From the IMG/VR virus record IMGVR_UViG_3300022183_000069, positions 1 through 24,615 of that record: DNA of 24,615 nucleotides. One strand, given 5' to 3'. This stretch comes from a virus. Its lineage: Duplodnaviria; Caudoviricetes. A program made the translations under genes and the position numbers. The notes under the pieces were generated by a model. That model saw only the letters and a program-made list of their open reading frames with translations. It was not told the DNA's origin and ran no database searches. This document shows, one piece after another, positions 9,938 to 17,620 of this stretch. How positions within the stretch are numbered: the first letter of the stretch is position 1; the number at the start of each line of letters is the position of its first letter.

Positions 9938-11124
9938 TGGCAGTCCTCGGCACATTCGGCAAGATCGTCCTCAACCGCTCGGCGCCAACGCCTGTTGCTG
10001 TTGATGTCACTGCGCTGAACCAAGACAAGGATATTATCTCGCTGACGGCGCAGGGCTTTCGCAGTGGCGATCTGGTCGAGGTCGCCAGTATTGATAACTG
10101 GCCGAACGCGGATCTTGCGGATGCACCGCTGATTCCGACCTACGCCAACATTTACGACTACCAGGACTATCCCGAACTCGTCGGCTACAGCACGGCATAT
10201 CCTGCTGCACTGTTGCGTCCGTATCGATGGCTGGCAACTGAAAGCAACGACGCGCTGACAACCGAGAGCGGCGACATCATCGCAGTGCAGTCAGACGCGG
10301 ACACTACGCCGTACCGCAACCGCTTGTACGTTCACGTTGACCCGCTTAATCGGCTGTCGTTCTACCGCACTCGTTCGGCGGCGCTGGCTGGTGCGAACGA
10401 CTCAACACGCGAGAACATCAGCCAAGCCGCTTTTACGCTAGACCCGACCGCTCCAATTGAATTGCGATTGGTCAATGAGTGGAAGCTAGAGACATGTTTG
10501 CAGGGGTGGGAATTGAGCTTAAACTCAAACGAAATCGATACCACTGGTCTTGGCGACAAGTTTTTTGATGGCGTCAAATCACTAATACAAGGCGGTGGTT
10601 CGTTTGATTTCTTAATTGAGCGCGAAGCAAACGACACTCGTAATACGGCAATTATTAGCCAAAGTCGCTACGCAAATGCGCGTTGTTTTGTTGACGTAGA
10701 TCAAAACATAACTTACGCCGATGCTGATATCGTCGGCACTGCTGGCAGCATTGCGGATTATGGCCCGAATTACAACGACTCAAGCTTAAATCCAGGCGTA
10801 GCCGCCTATGACAATGCGAATATCACGCCACGCAGTGAAATCATTGTCTGGTCAGCTCAAGCCATTGCAACTGTTGGCACCAGCAATTTGCTGCGTTTAC
10901 TTTTGAATACCAATGAGCAGTCTGAAGCTGAGGCCCAATTCTGGATGATTGACAGCGACGCATTAAATCGCGATAGCTACAGCACGGGCTTAGAATCCGG
11001 TGATCTGTACTACAAAGCGCAGATCATGCTGACGAGCAGTGCTGTCAGCGTTCGAGCGGCAGACGTTATCACTGGCTCAGCTAGCTTCGTGACCGTCAGG
11101 GAAGTAGAATTGAGAGAAGGCTAG
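9937..11124 (+). CDS. Tail-tube-fold protein with large insertions (possible fibre-attachment collar)
   Basis: 'WELSLNSNEIDTTGLGDKFFDGVKSLIQGGGSFDF' and 'LTSSAVSVRAADVITGSASFVT' align by eye with the preceding tube-like gene; it has extra inserted segments. Confidence 0.55.
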   Translation: MAVLGTFGKIVLNRSAPTPVAVDVTALNQDKDIISLTAQGFRSGDLVEVASIDNWPNADLADAPLIPTYANIYDYQDYPELVGYSTAYPAALLRPYRWLATESNDALTTESGDIIAVQSDADTTPYRNRLYVHVDPLNRLSFYRTRSAALAGANDSTRENISQAAFTLDPTAPIELRLVNEWKLETCLQGWELSLNSNEIDTTGLGDKFFDGVKSLIQGGGSFDFLIEREANDTRNTAIISQSRYANARCFVDVDQNITYADADIVGTAGSIADYGPNYNDSSLNPGVAAYDNANITPRSEIIVWSAQAIATVGTSNLLRLLLNTNEQSEAEAQFWMIDSDALNRDSYSTGLESGDLYYKAQIMLTSSAVSVRAADVITGSASFVTVREVELREG

Positions 11125-11127
11125 ACT
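11120..11127 (+). promoter_or_regulatory. -10-like box GCTAGACT
   Basis: 22 nt upstream of ATG 11150; member of a recurring motif. Confidence 0.45.
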
Positions 11128-11149
11128 GCACTCACAGCGCCGCAGCATT

Positions 11150-13270
11150 ATGACGCTCAAGATTACGCATAAACACAGCACCGCCACTGGCACGCCACCT
11201 GCAGCGGGTGACATTGATGTGGGTGAGATAGCAATTAACGCGGCGGATGCTGAGCTGTATACAAAGGACACCGCAGGCAATATCCGCAAGTTTCAGAACA
11301 CCACTACCGGCACCGCCGATGGTGTGCAGTTTACGCAGAGCGGCACTGGCGCTGTGCGGCGCACCGTTAAGTCAAAGCTGCAAGATGTGGTGAGTGTTAA
11401 AGATTTTGGTGCGACTGGAGATGGCCTAACAAATGATTTCTCTGCGTTTACAGCAGCCATTGCCGCTTCAAGTGTCATATATGTTCCGGCTGGCACGTAT
11501 TTAATAAATGGAACCGTCACGGCAACTTCTGATAAAACGCTCATTTTGCAAGGCACACTTGACTGCACGGGCGTCAGCACTGCTGTATTACTAAGTGGCC
11601 CAATCGATGTTCAAGGTGGCGGATTTATTGTTGATTACGAGGCAAACCCCGCCGCGCAAAAGCTAAAAATCAGAAATTCAGACACAACAAGTTTTAATCA
11701 ATACATTAACTCGTTGAATCCTTTATGGTTTAATGGGTCAGACATAGGCGAAAAAATAAACAAGGCTTTTCAATGCGGAGGCAACAAAACGACTGTTTCT
11801 GTGCCCTGCGGCACCTACGATCTCACTACAACCATAAATCTAAACGAGACCGTCAACGGACAACAGTTGACATTGCGTGGACAAAGCACAATGTCGCCTA
11901 CTTTTGAGATGGGCGCAAACTCGGCCTTGGTTGGAATCTCAACAGCTGGTTCCGATGAGGGCTACGTGGAAAATGTTCGTGTTCTAGAGACAACAGGATC
12001 ACGGACAGGAGTTGGAATTACGCTTGGCGGTACCAGTCTAACAGTAACCAACTGCTGGTTTAGCAATACAAAGTATGGCATGTTGTTAAATGGTGGGCAA
12101 GGCATTCATGCAAGTAATATTTACGTTGAAGCCTGTGATTATGGCTTGCTTTGCGGCGCTCGATTTGCTGACTACTCGATTTCCGGCATGACTGCAGGCA
12201 CAACAGTTCTGAATAGTCGCTTTCACGAGTGCTATTTATATAATTGTGGAAGCGGTAATAACTTAAAAAAATCTGGACTGCGTGTATCAAATTACAGCGC
12301 ACTTGCTGTAAGCGGTGTCACTGGCGCGATTGCAGAGGGCGATACCTTGACAACTGCCGGCGGCGCCACTGTTCCGGTCGTAAGCATTAACAGTGACAAA
12401 ACCAGCATTTGCGTAGAGATTGACGAAATCAGCGGATCGTTTTCTTCGTCAGAAACGTTCACGACTAGCAGCGGCGGGGCGGGAACAATCGCTAGTGCGC
12501 AATCAAATCAAACTAAAGCGCTAGATTTTTCACAACTTGCTGTAGTCAGCAACGACAGAAACGGGGCGTATATTACAAACGGGCTTGGATTAACAATCCA
12601 AGGACAGTTTAGAAGTAATGGGACAAACGCTGCGACAACATCAGCAGGCATTTATTCACCAAGCGACTCTTTTTCTACAGTAACTATTTGCAATACTCTG
12701 TTTGCAGATCAGGAAGTTAGTGGATCGTCCGGCGGGAATGGTGCTGATATTAGAGGAGGCAGCTTTTCCTTCTTAGGTTGTAATTTTGCTAATCAGCAAG
12801 GAGCAAATCAAACTATAGGCATAAGACGCTCCTCTGGAACTGTGAGTGCTACAGGGTGCATTTTTAGCGGAATTACTACAGCAACTACCGGCACAATCAC
12901 AAAGGTTAACTGTTTTGGAAGTAATGTCGCTAACTCTGACCCTGTTGGCCCCGTTGGCAATTCTCTTGTTTTTGATGTTGGTCCTATCAATGCATCTACT
13001 GTCACTGTGGTCACCAATCAACCATTAACTAATGGGCAGAATGAATCCTGGCGATGCTATGGTCACAACGCAAATGATACACTTGCCAGCTTCTATGTAA
13101 TAAATGTAACAAACGAAGACGGAACAATAGATTCTTTGTCTTTGAATAATGGCACCGGCATCGCTTTTGCAGTTGTAGACAATGGAGATAACACCTACAA
13201 TATCACCGCAACAAATCCTAACGCAAACAATAGATATGCCAAAGGTTACCTGTCCTCTTATGCGTCTTAA
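11150..13270 (+). CDS. Tailspike / receptor-binding protein with a pectate-lyase-like right-handed beta-helix
   Basis: T4 gp36/gp37-like N-terminus (HSTATGTPPAAGDIDVGEIAINAADAELYTKD), linker FTQSGTGAVRRTVKSKLQD, Pectate_lyase_3 motif VSVKDFGATGDG...YVPAGTY, beta-helix repeats. Confidence 0.8.
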   Translation: MTLKITHKHSTATGTPPAAGDIDVGEIAINAADAELYTKDTAGNIRKFQNTTTGTADGVQFTQSGTGAVRRTVKSKLQDVVSVKDFGATGDGLTNDFSAFTAAIAASSVIYVPAGTYLINGTVTATSDKTLILQGTLDCTGVSTAVLLSGPIDVQGGGFIVDYEANPAAQKLKIRNSDTTSFNQYINSLNPLWFNGSDIGEKINKAFQCGGNKTTVSVPCGTYDLTTTINLNETVNGQQLTLRGQSTMSPTFEMGANSALVGISTAGSDEGYVENVRVLETTGSRTGVGITLGGTSLTVTNCWFSNTKYGMLLNGGQGIHASNIYVEACDYGLLCGARFADYSISGMTAGTTVLNSRFHECYLYNCGSGNNLKKSGLRVSNYSALAVSGVTGAIAEGDTLTTAGGATVPVVSINSDKTSICVEIDEISGSFSSSETFTTSSGGAGTIASAQSNQTKALDFSQLAVVSNDRNGAYITNGLGLTIQGQFRSNGTNAATTSAGIYSPSDSFSTVTICNTLFADQEVSGSSGGNGADIRGGSFSFLGCNFANQQGANQTIGIRRSSGTVSATGCIFSGITTATTGTITKVNCFGSNVANSDPVGPVGNSLVFDVGPINASTVTVVTNQPLTNGQNESWRCYGHNANDTLASFYVINVTNEDGTIDSLSLNNGTGIAFAVVDNGDNTYNITATNPNANNRYAKGYLSSYAS

Positions 13271-13317
13271 GCCCGGAACGGCTCAAAACTATTTTGTTCC
13301 TTTGCCCTTTTCCCATC

Positions 13318-13563
13318 ATGCCTTTTTCTGAGTCCTCAACAGAAAAAATTGAAGTATTAGGCGACGGTGTGATTAACTGCCAATGCAATATTTTAATTTA
13401 CAAAAATGACGCGGTTTTTGCCGCCAGCAATGTTAAGTCATGCTATTTTCCCGGACAAGATTTAAGCGATGCACCTCAAATGGTCCAAAAAGCTGCCTCT
13501 GCTTTCTGGACGCCTGAAATCATCGCCGACTATAAAACTAAAGTTGTTTCGGTTGCTTCGTAA
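13318..13563 (+). CDS. Small tail-fibre-associated protein
   Basis: ATG 13318 preferred over TTG 13294. 'EKIEVLGDGVI...IYKND...PGQDLSDAPQMVQKAASAFWTPEIIADYK' resembles small proteins that follow fibre genes in aquatic phages (recollection). TAATG coupled. Confidence 0.6.
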   Translation: MPFSESSTEKIEVLGDGVINCQCNILIYKNDAVFAASNVKSCYFPGQDLSDAPQMVQKAASAFWTPEIIADYKTKVVSVAS

Positions 13564-16295
13564 TGGCCAACATCAAGATCTCCGAGCTAACTGCTCTCAC
13601 CCCGCCTGATGCCGCCGACCTCGTGCCGGTGACAGACAGCAGCGCCAGTCAAACCAAGCGCACCACTGTCGGCGAAATTGTCGGCATCGTGAACGGCGAT
13701 GTTGATGTTGCCAATGACGGCACTGCGACGATCAGCGAGCTGCCGGTCTACAAACTGCAGGATGGCAGCGCTCGCCAGCTGCTGCAGACCGATGCCGCTG
13801 GCACTGGCGTTGAGTGGACCAGCAATGTTGATGTGCCTGGCACGCTGGATGTAACTGGTGCAGCAACGCTTGATAGCACGCTGGATGTAACTGGTGTCAC
13901 CACACTTAACGCTGCACTTAATGTCTCCGGTCTTGCAAGCCTTGACGGCGGCATTGATGTTGATGGTGCGTTTACTGTTGCCGACACCAGCGGCAACATT
14001 GCTACCTCCGGCACGCTCGGAGTTGACGGTCAATCCACGCTGGCTAGTGCTGCAGTCAGTGACTTGATCAGCGGGCGTGTGGTACTGGCGGGCACTAGCG
14101 GTGAGCTAGAGGACAATGCTGGGCTGACCTTTAACGGCACGCAGCTTGATGTTGGTGGTGATGTCGTCATTGCTGGCGATCTAACTGTTGAAGGTGCATC
14201 GACGATTCTTGAAACCGAGACCGTCAAGGTTGAAGACAAAAATATCGAGCTTGGCGTCGTTGCATCACCAACCGATGGCACAGCAGACGGCGGCGGCATC
14301 ACGCTAAAGGGCGCTACCGACAAAACCCTTAACTGGCTTGATGCAACGGATAGCTGGACCAGCAGCGAAAACTTCGATCTAGCTAGCGGCAAAAGCTACC
14401 GCATCAATAACACTGAAGTTCTGAACAGCACCACGCTGGGTAGTGGTGTTACTGGATCTAGCCTCACCAGCGTCGGCACGATCAGCAGCGGCACCTGGCA
14501 AGGCACTGCAATTGATGATGCTTACCTCGACACAATCAGCACTGCAGGTAAAGTCAGCAACAGTGCCACTACAGCCACCAGCGCTAACACCGCAAGTGCA
14601 ATCGTTGCGCGGGATGGAACAGGAAACTTCTCGGCTGGCACGATTACAGCCGCACTAACCGGCAATGCCGATACAGCTACGGCACTTAGCAGCAACAGAA
14701 CATTTGCCGTTACCGGCGACGTTACAGGTACTGTCAGCAGTGACCTAACCAGCGGCGCAAGTATCGCTACATCGATCGCATCAGGTGTGATTGTTGATGG
14801 TGATGTCAACGCCTCGGCTGCGATTGCTGGCACAAAGATCAGCCCAGACTTTGGTAGCCAAGCTGTTACTACCACCGGGTTGATTTCTGCCGATGGAAAA
14901 GTCAGCTTCCCGCTTAGTACGGCTGCCCTGCCATCGCTATATCCAGGGTCTGATACCAACACTGGCATCTATTCACCTGGAGCGGACACAATAGCCATCA
15001 GCACTGCTGGTAGCGAGCGCCTACGAATCGACAGCTCGGGCAACGTGGGGATTGGGACTACGAGCCCCGCTCAAAACATCCACGTAACTGGCAACCAGAC
15101 GCGGATATTTATCGACAGCACTAACTCAAGCAGCAACACAGGGGTTAGTTTTGGTGACAACGGTACAACTGTTGGAGGTGTGCTTTACAGCAACAGCGAC
15201 GACGCATTGCTGTTTCAAACCAATGGAACCACAGAGCGCGTTCGCATCGACAGCTCGGGCAGGCTCTTAATTGGTACGTCTAGTGCGCAAACGATTGGCA
15301 ATAGCCAAGCACAGCTAGAAATTTCGACAGATTCTGCATCTGGCTACGCCCTGTCCTTGAGCCGCTCTGTCACTGATATTTACGGTCCGCAGATTAACCT
15401 TCGATCCACCAGAGGAACAGCCGCTTCTCCTGTAGTCGTTGATAACGGCGATCAACTCGGTTCAATCGCTTTCTATGGATACGACGGAACAGACTCTAAC
15501 CATCAGTTTGCTTCGATTGTGGCTTCAGTTGATGGGACACCTGGAAATAATGATTGCCCAGGCCGCCTAGTGTTCTCCACTACTGCGGATGGGGCGAGTT
15601 CTCCGACGGAGCGGATGAGGATTACAAATGGGGGAAATATTCGCATAGGATCCGCATTGGCATATGCCTCCGAGTTTTTTACTGTAAATAATGGTGGTAC
15701 ACTCGCATCAGAAATTACAGCTTTTGGCGGATCTGGCGGCGTCAATCATAAATTCTATTTCCATAATGGAGCGGCTGGAAATGCTGCTGGTACAGTCTAT
15801 TGGACAAATGCTAACTCCACTACTGGAAGATCTATTAACGCAGGTGGAACAATCAACGCATCAGGCGCGGATTATGCCGAGTACATGGTAAAGGCTGGTG
15901 ATTTTACCATTAATAAAGGTGATATATGTGGAGTTACATCTGACGGTTTACTAACTCTTATTTACCAAGAATCTGCTGGTTTCCTTGTTAAATCCACAAA
16001 TCCTTCATATGTCGGAAATGATGGTTGGGGTGCCGGATATGAAGATGATACTGATGGCTTGGAATTAGTTCGTAAAACTGTTGATCGCATTGCCTTTGCT
16101 GGTCAGGTGCCAGTCAACGTCATGGGCGCAGTTCCTGGTCAGTACATTGTTCCTACTGAGGCTGCTGATGGTGGCATTGAAGGTGTTGCCAAGAATGAAG
16201 CTGACCTAACTCTTGCTGAGTACATGCGTGCCGTTGGTAAGGTTATTGCCATTGAAGATGACGGGCGTGCTCGCATCATCGTCAAAGTCGCTTAG
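13563..16295 (+). CDS. Long tail fibre with a C-terminal intramolecular-chaperone/autocleavage-type domain
   Basis: MANIKISELTAL N-terminus, 12-aa TLDVTG repeats, three ERxRI(DSSG) modules, and a C-terminal 'ASGADYAEY...INKGDI...IAFAGQVPV...GQYIVP...VGKVI' pattern (peptidase G2-like IMC). Confidence 0.85.
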   Translation: MANIKISELTALTPPDAADLVPVTDSSASQTKRTTVGEIVGIVNGDVDVANDGTATISELPVYKLQDGSARQLLQTDAAGTGVEWTSNVDVPGTLDVTGAATLDSTLDVTGVTTLNAALNVSGLASLDGGIDVDGAFTVADTSGNIATSGTLGVDGQSTLASAAVSDLISGRVVLAGTSGELEDNAGLTFNGTQLDVGGDVVIAGDLTVEGASTILETETVKVEDKNIELGVVASPTDGTADGGGITLKGATDKTLNWLDATDSWTSSENFDLASGKSYRINNTEVLNSTTLGSGVTGSSLTSVGTISSGTWQGTAIDDAYLDTISTAGKVSNSATTATSANTASAIVARDGTGNFSAGTITAALTGNADTATALSSNRTFAVTGDVTGTVSSDLTSGASIATSIASGVIVDGDVNASAAIAGTKISPDFGSQAVTTTGLISADGKVSFPLSTAALPSLYPGSDTNTGIYSPGADTIAISTAGSERLRIDSSGNVGIGTTSPAQNIHVTGNQTRIFIDSTNSSSNTGVSFGDNGTTVGGVLYSNSDDALLFQTNGTTERVRIDSSGRLLIGTSSAQTIGNSQAQLEISTDSASGYALSLSRSVTDIYGPQINLRSTRGTAASPVVVDNGDQLGSIAFYGYDGTDSNHQFASIVASVDGTPGNNDCPGRLVFSTTADGASSPTERMRITNGGNIRIGSALAYASEFFTVNNGGTLASEITAFGGSGGVNHKFYFHNGAAGNAAGTVYWTNANSTTGRSINAGGTINASGADYAEYMVKAGDFTINKGDICGVTSDGLLTLIYQESAGFLVKSTNPSYVGNDGWGAGYEDDTDGLELVRKTVDRIAFAGQVPVNVMGAVPGQYIVPTEAADGGIEGVAKNEADLTLAEYMRAVGKVIAIEDDGRARIIVKVA
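13840..13896 (+). repeat. 21-bp exact direct repeat, 36-nt period, in the fibre shaft
   Basis: gcacgctggatgtaactggtg at 13840-13860 and 13876-13896 (TLDVTG twice). Confidence 0.9.
15027..15261 (+). repeat. 16-bp exact direct repeat at the boundaries of a 73-aa fibre module
   Basis: atcgacagctcgggca at 15027-15042 and 15246-15261 (IDSSG), 219 nt apart and in frame. Confidence 0.9.
15564..15624 (+). repeat. Fibre cassette repeat, copy 1 (inside the gene; encodes RLVFSTTADGASSPTERMRI)
   Basis: Colinear with 16289-16349 at an offset of 725. 41/47 identical over 15578-15624, with the last 17 bp exact. Contains TAGT-N7-ACTA at 15568-15582. Confidence 0.9.
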
Positions 16296-16349
16296 TCCCC
16301 TTCACTACTGCTGATGGGTCGTCTTCTCCGTTGGAGCGGATGAGGATTA
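16289..16349 (+). repeat. Fibre cassette repeat, copy 2 (spans the fibre stop codon)
   Basis: cgcttagtccccttcactactgctgatgggtcgtcttctccgttggagcggatgaggatta, with TAGT-N7-ACTA at 16293-16307. Confidence 0.9.
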
Positions 16350-16417
16350 AGTCAGACGGTGCTATGACAAAGATCGAAACCTTAGAACAACGCCTAACTG
16401 ATGCTGGTATCGCCTAG
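16304..16417 (+). pseudogene. Startless, internally deleted remnant of an alternative fibre C-terminus
   Basis: Reads TTADGSSSPLERMRIKSDG-AMTKIETLEQRLTDAGIA*. The first half copies the fibre motif; the second half resembles the terminal coiled coil of S74-type chaperone domains. Confidence 0.75.
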
Positions 16418-16421
16418 CGGC

Positions 16422-16447
16422 AACCCGCCCCGTGTTACAGCGGGGTT
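16422..16447 (+). other. GC-rich stem-loop after the fibre locus (possible terminator or RNA processing site)
   Basis: ccccg-tgttacag-cgggg (16428-16445). Alternative pairing of aacccgc with gcggggtt. Only a weak U tract follows. Confidence 0.4.
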
Positions 16448-16452
16448 CTCAG

Positions 16453-16460
16453 GCTACACT
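16453..16460 (+). promoter_or_regulatory. -10-like box GCTACACT
   Basis: 20 nt upstream of ATG 16481. Confidence 0.45.
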
Positions 16461-16480
16461 AACCCTATTGCTTTTCTTTC

Positions 16481-16801
16481 ATGGCAAACACCTATACCTG
16501 GAAGGTTGCTCAATGCGACCGCACCTTGGCTGATGGCGTAATCTCTACGCTCCATTACACCGTTACAGCCGTAACAGATGATGGCGTCTATTCGGCTGGT
16601 GCGTATGGCTCAATCGGTCTTGAAGCACCTGATCCTGAGACGATGATCCCTTATGACAGCGTAACTGAAGCGAACTGCATCGCTTGGGTACAAGCTGCCC
16701 TTGGTGGTGATGAAAAGGTCACTGAAATCCAAACTGCACTGGATAATCAACTGACTGAAAAGCGCACTCCAACCACAGGAGCCGGTGTTCCCTGGGCCTA
16801 A
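16481..16801 (+). CDS. Conserved small fibre-associated protein
   Basis: 106 aa 'TYTWKVAQCDR...HYTV...GAYGSIGL...IPYDSVTE...AWVQAALG...GVPW'; a family I recall as typically downstream of fibre genes. Confidence 0.7.
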   Translation: MANTYTWKVAQCDRTLADGVISTLHYTVTAVTDDGVYSAGAYGSIGLEAPDPETMIPYDSVTEANCIAWVQAALGGDEKVTEIQTALDNQLTEKRTPTTGAGVPWA

Positions 16802-16875
16802 TAAAACGCCCTGACCCAATGATGCCCAGCAAGCCTGGAGCGGAAGACCAAGAGGCAATAAGCATCAATGGCTAA
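16801..16875 (+). pseudogene. Possible decayed small gene (ATA where a coupled ATG would be)
   Basis: TAATA instead of TAATG at the 16799-16803 junction, then KRPDPMMPSKPGAEDQEAISING*. Resembles the N-terminus of a longer cyanophage family (recollection only). Confidence 0.35.
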
Positions 16876-17008
16876 ACCCAAGCCCCTGAACGGCGCACAA
16901 TTCGTTGTGAGCAAACCAAAAAAAACACGCCAAGGCAACGGTTTAAACAGCAAGTCTTCGCATGGTCGTAAAAACGGGAGGAAGTATCGCGGTCAAGGGA
17001 AAGGTTGA
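16868..17008 (+). CDS. Small, highly basic protein (46 aa; KKTRQG...KYRGQG type), not in the ORF track
   Basis: MAKPKPLNGAQFVVSKPKKTRQGNGLNSKSSHGRKNGRKYRGQGKG*, TGATG coupled to the next ORF. Confidence 0.8.
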   Translation: MAKPKPLNGAQFVVSKPKKTRQGNGLNSKSSHGRKNGRKYRGQGKG

Positions 17009-17136
17009 TGGATTCCCGCACTTACGAAAATTGGAAAAAGGTAAAAGAAGCTCTAGAAAGTGCCGGGAAAACTGACTCCATGTTCTATCGACGAGCTGTG
17101 ACAATATTGAATGGCAAGCCTGACCCGCTAAAGTGA
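17008..17136 (+). CDS. Small hypothetical protein (42 aa), not in the ORF track
   Basis: MDSRTYENWKKVKEALESAGKTDSMFYRRAVTILNGKPDPLK*; coupled start; resembles a cyanophage microprotein family (recollection). Confidence 0.8.
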   Translation: MDSRTYENWKKVKEALESAGKTDSMFYRRAVTILNGKPDPLK

Positions 17137-17157
17137 CGGGGAAGGAGCGCGTCAGCC

Positions 17158-17439
17158 GTGATTGAAATCTACGCCGCAATTTTAGGCGCGTCTCTTGGTA
17201 TTGCAGGGATGAGCGTTTCTGGATTCACCAGACGCACCAGCGAAAGCCGTGAAGCGGTTATTCGCCTCACAGCAGGCGTTGAATCCATAGCGATGAAGCT
17301 GGAAGATTTACATCAGGACATGAAAGCGGAAAAAATTCAGGCCACTGCTGACCGCCGCGAAATTTACGAACGCCTAAACGATCACGGCAACCGAATAATT
17401 GTGCTGGAGAGCTATAGCGCTAGAATCAATCCAGATTAA
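17158..17439 (+). CDS. Membrane-anchored coiled-coil protein, lysis region (holin/antiholin or spanin-like candidate)
   Basis: GTG start with AAGGAG upstream; N-terminal hydrophobic helix followed by heptads; upstream of the endolysin. Confidence 0.6.
   Translation: MIEIYAAILGASLGIAGMSVSGFTRRTSESREAVIRLTAGVESIAMKLEDLHQDMKAEKIQATADRREIYERLNDHGNRIIVLESYSARINPD
17419..17426 (+). promoter_or_regulatory. -10-like box GCTAGAAT
   Basis: 23 nt upstream of ATG 17450. Confidence 0.45.
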
Positions 17440-17449
17440 AGAGCAGCTC

Positions 17450-17602
17450 ATGGGCATCGAAGAGATTCTGACTTCCCCGATCACATGGATCATCGTTGCG
17501 GCGGCATCTGAGGTTATTGCATTGTCACCAGCTCTAAAATCAAACTCTGTAATCCAGTTGATTTTTCAAGTGCTTCACGCGCTAAAAACAAAAAAGGACT
17601 AA
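17450..17602 (+). CDS. Small holin-like membrane protein (50 aa)
   Basis: ATG 17450; MGIEEILTSPITWIIVAAASEVIALSPALKSNSVIQLIFQVLHALKTKKD has two hydrophobic/amphipathic segments and a basic tail. Confidence 0.7.
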   Translation: MGIEEILTSPITWIIVAAASEVIALSPALKSNSVIQLIFQVLHALKTKKD

Positions 17603-17620
17603 TACCCGCCGACGGGCGGT
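17590..17620 (+). promoter_or_regulatory. Candidate -1 programmed ribosomal frameshift signal
   Basis: In-frame A AAA AAG at 17590-17596, followed by the hairpin CCGCC-GACG-GGCGG at 17606-17619. Confidence 0.7.

Noticed and set aside
15578-16349. DGR template/variable repeat pair
   Set aside because: Mismatches are not at sense-strand adenines (G/T, G/T, A/T, G/C, A/T, C/T), the repeat is short, and there is no reverse transcriptase in the window. Five of six are T in copy 2, but that is too few to interpret.
15564-16349. Invertible shufflon (Gin/Cin/Rci type)
   Set aside because: The repeats are direct, no inverted alternative tip was seen on the - strand, and no invertase is present.
790-16858. 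Many antisense and alternate-frame ORFs of 60-190 aa in the track
   Set aside because: They lie within long coupled structural genes and are consistent with shadow ORFs from codon bias; no recognisable motifs.
16918-16925. A8 run as a frameshift site in the basic microprotein
   Set aside because: The zero frame already yields the complete K-K-T-R-Q-G...YRGQG peptide coupled to the next gene, and no clear stimulatory hairpin was seen.
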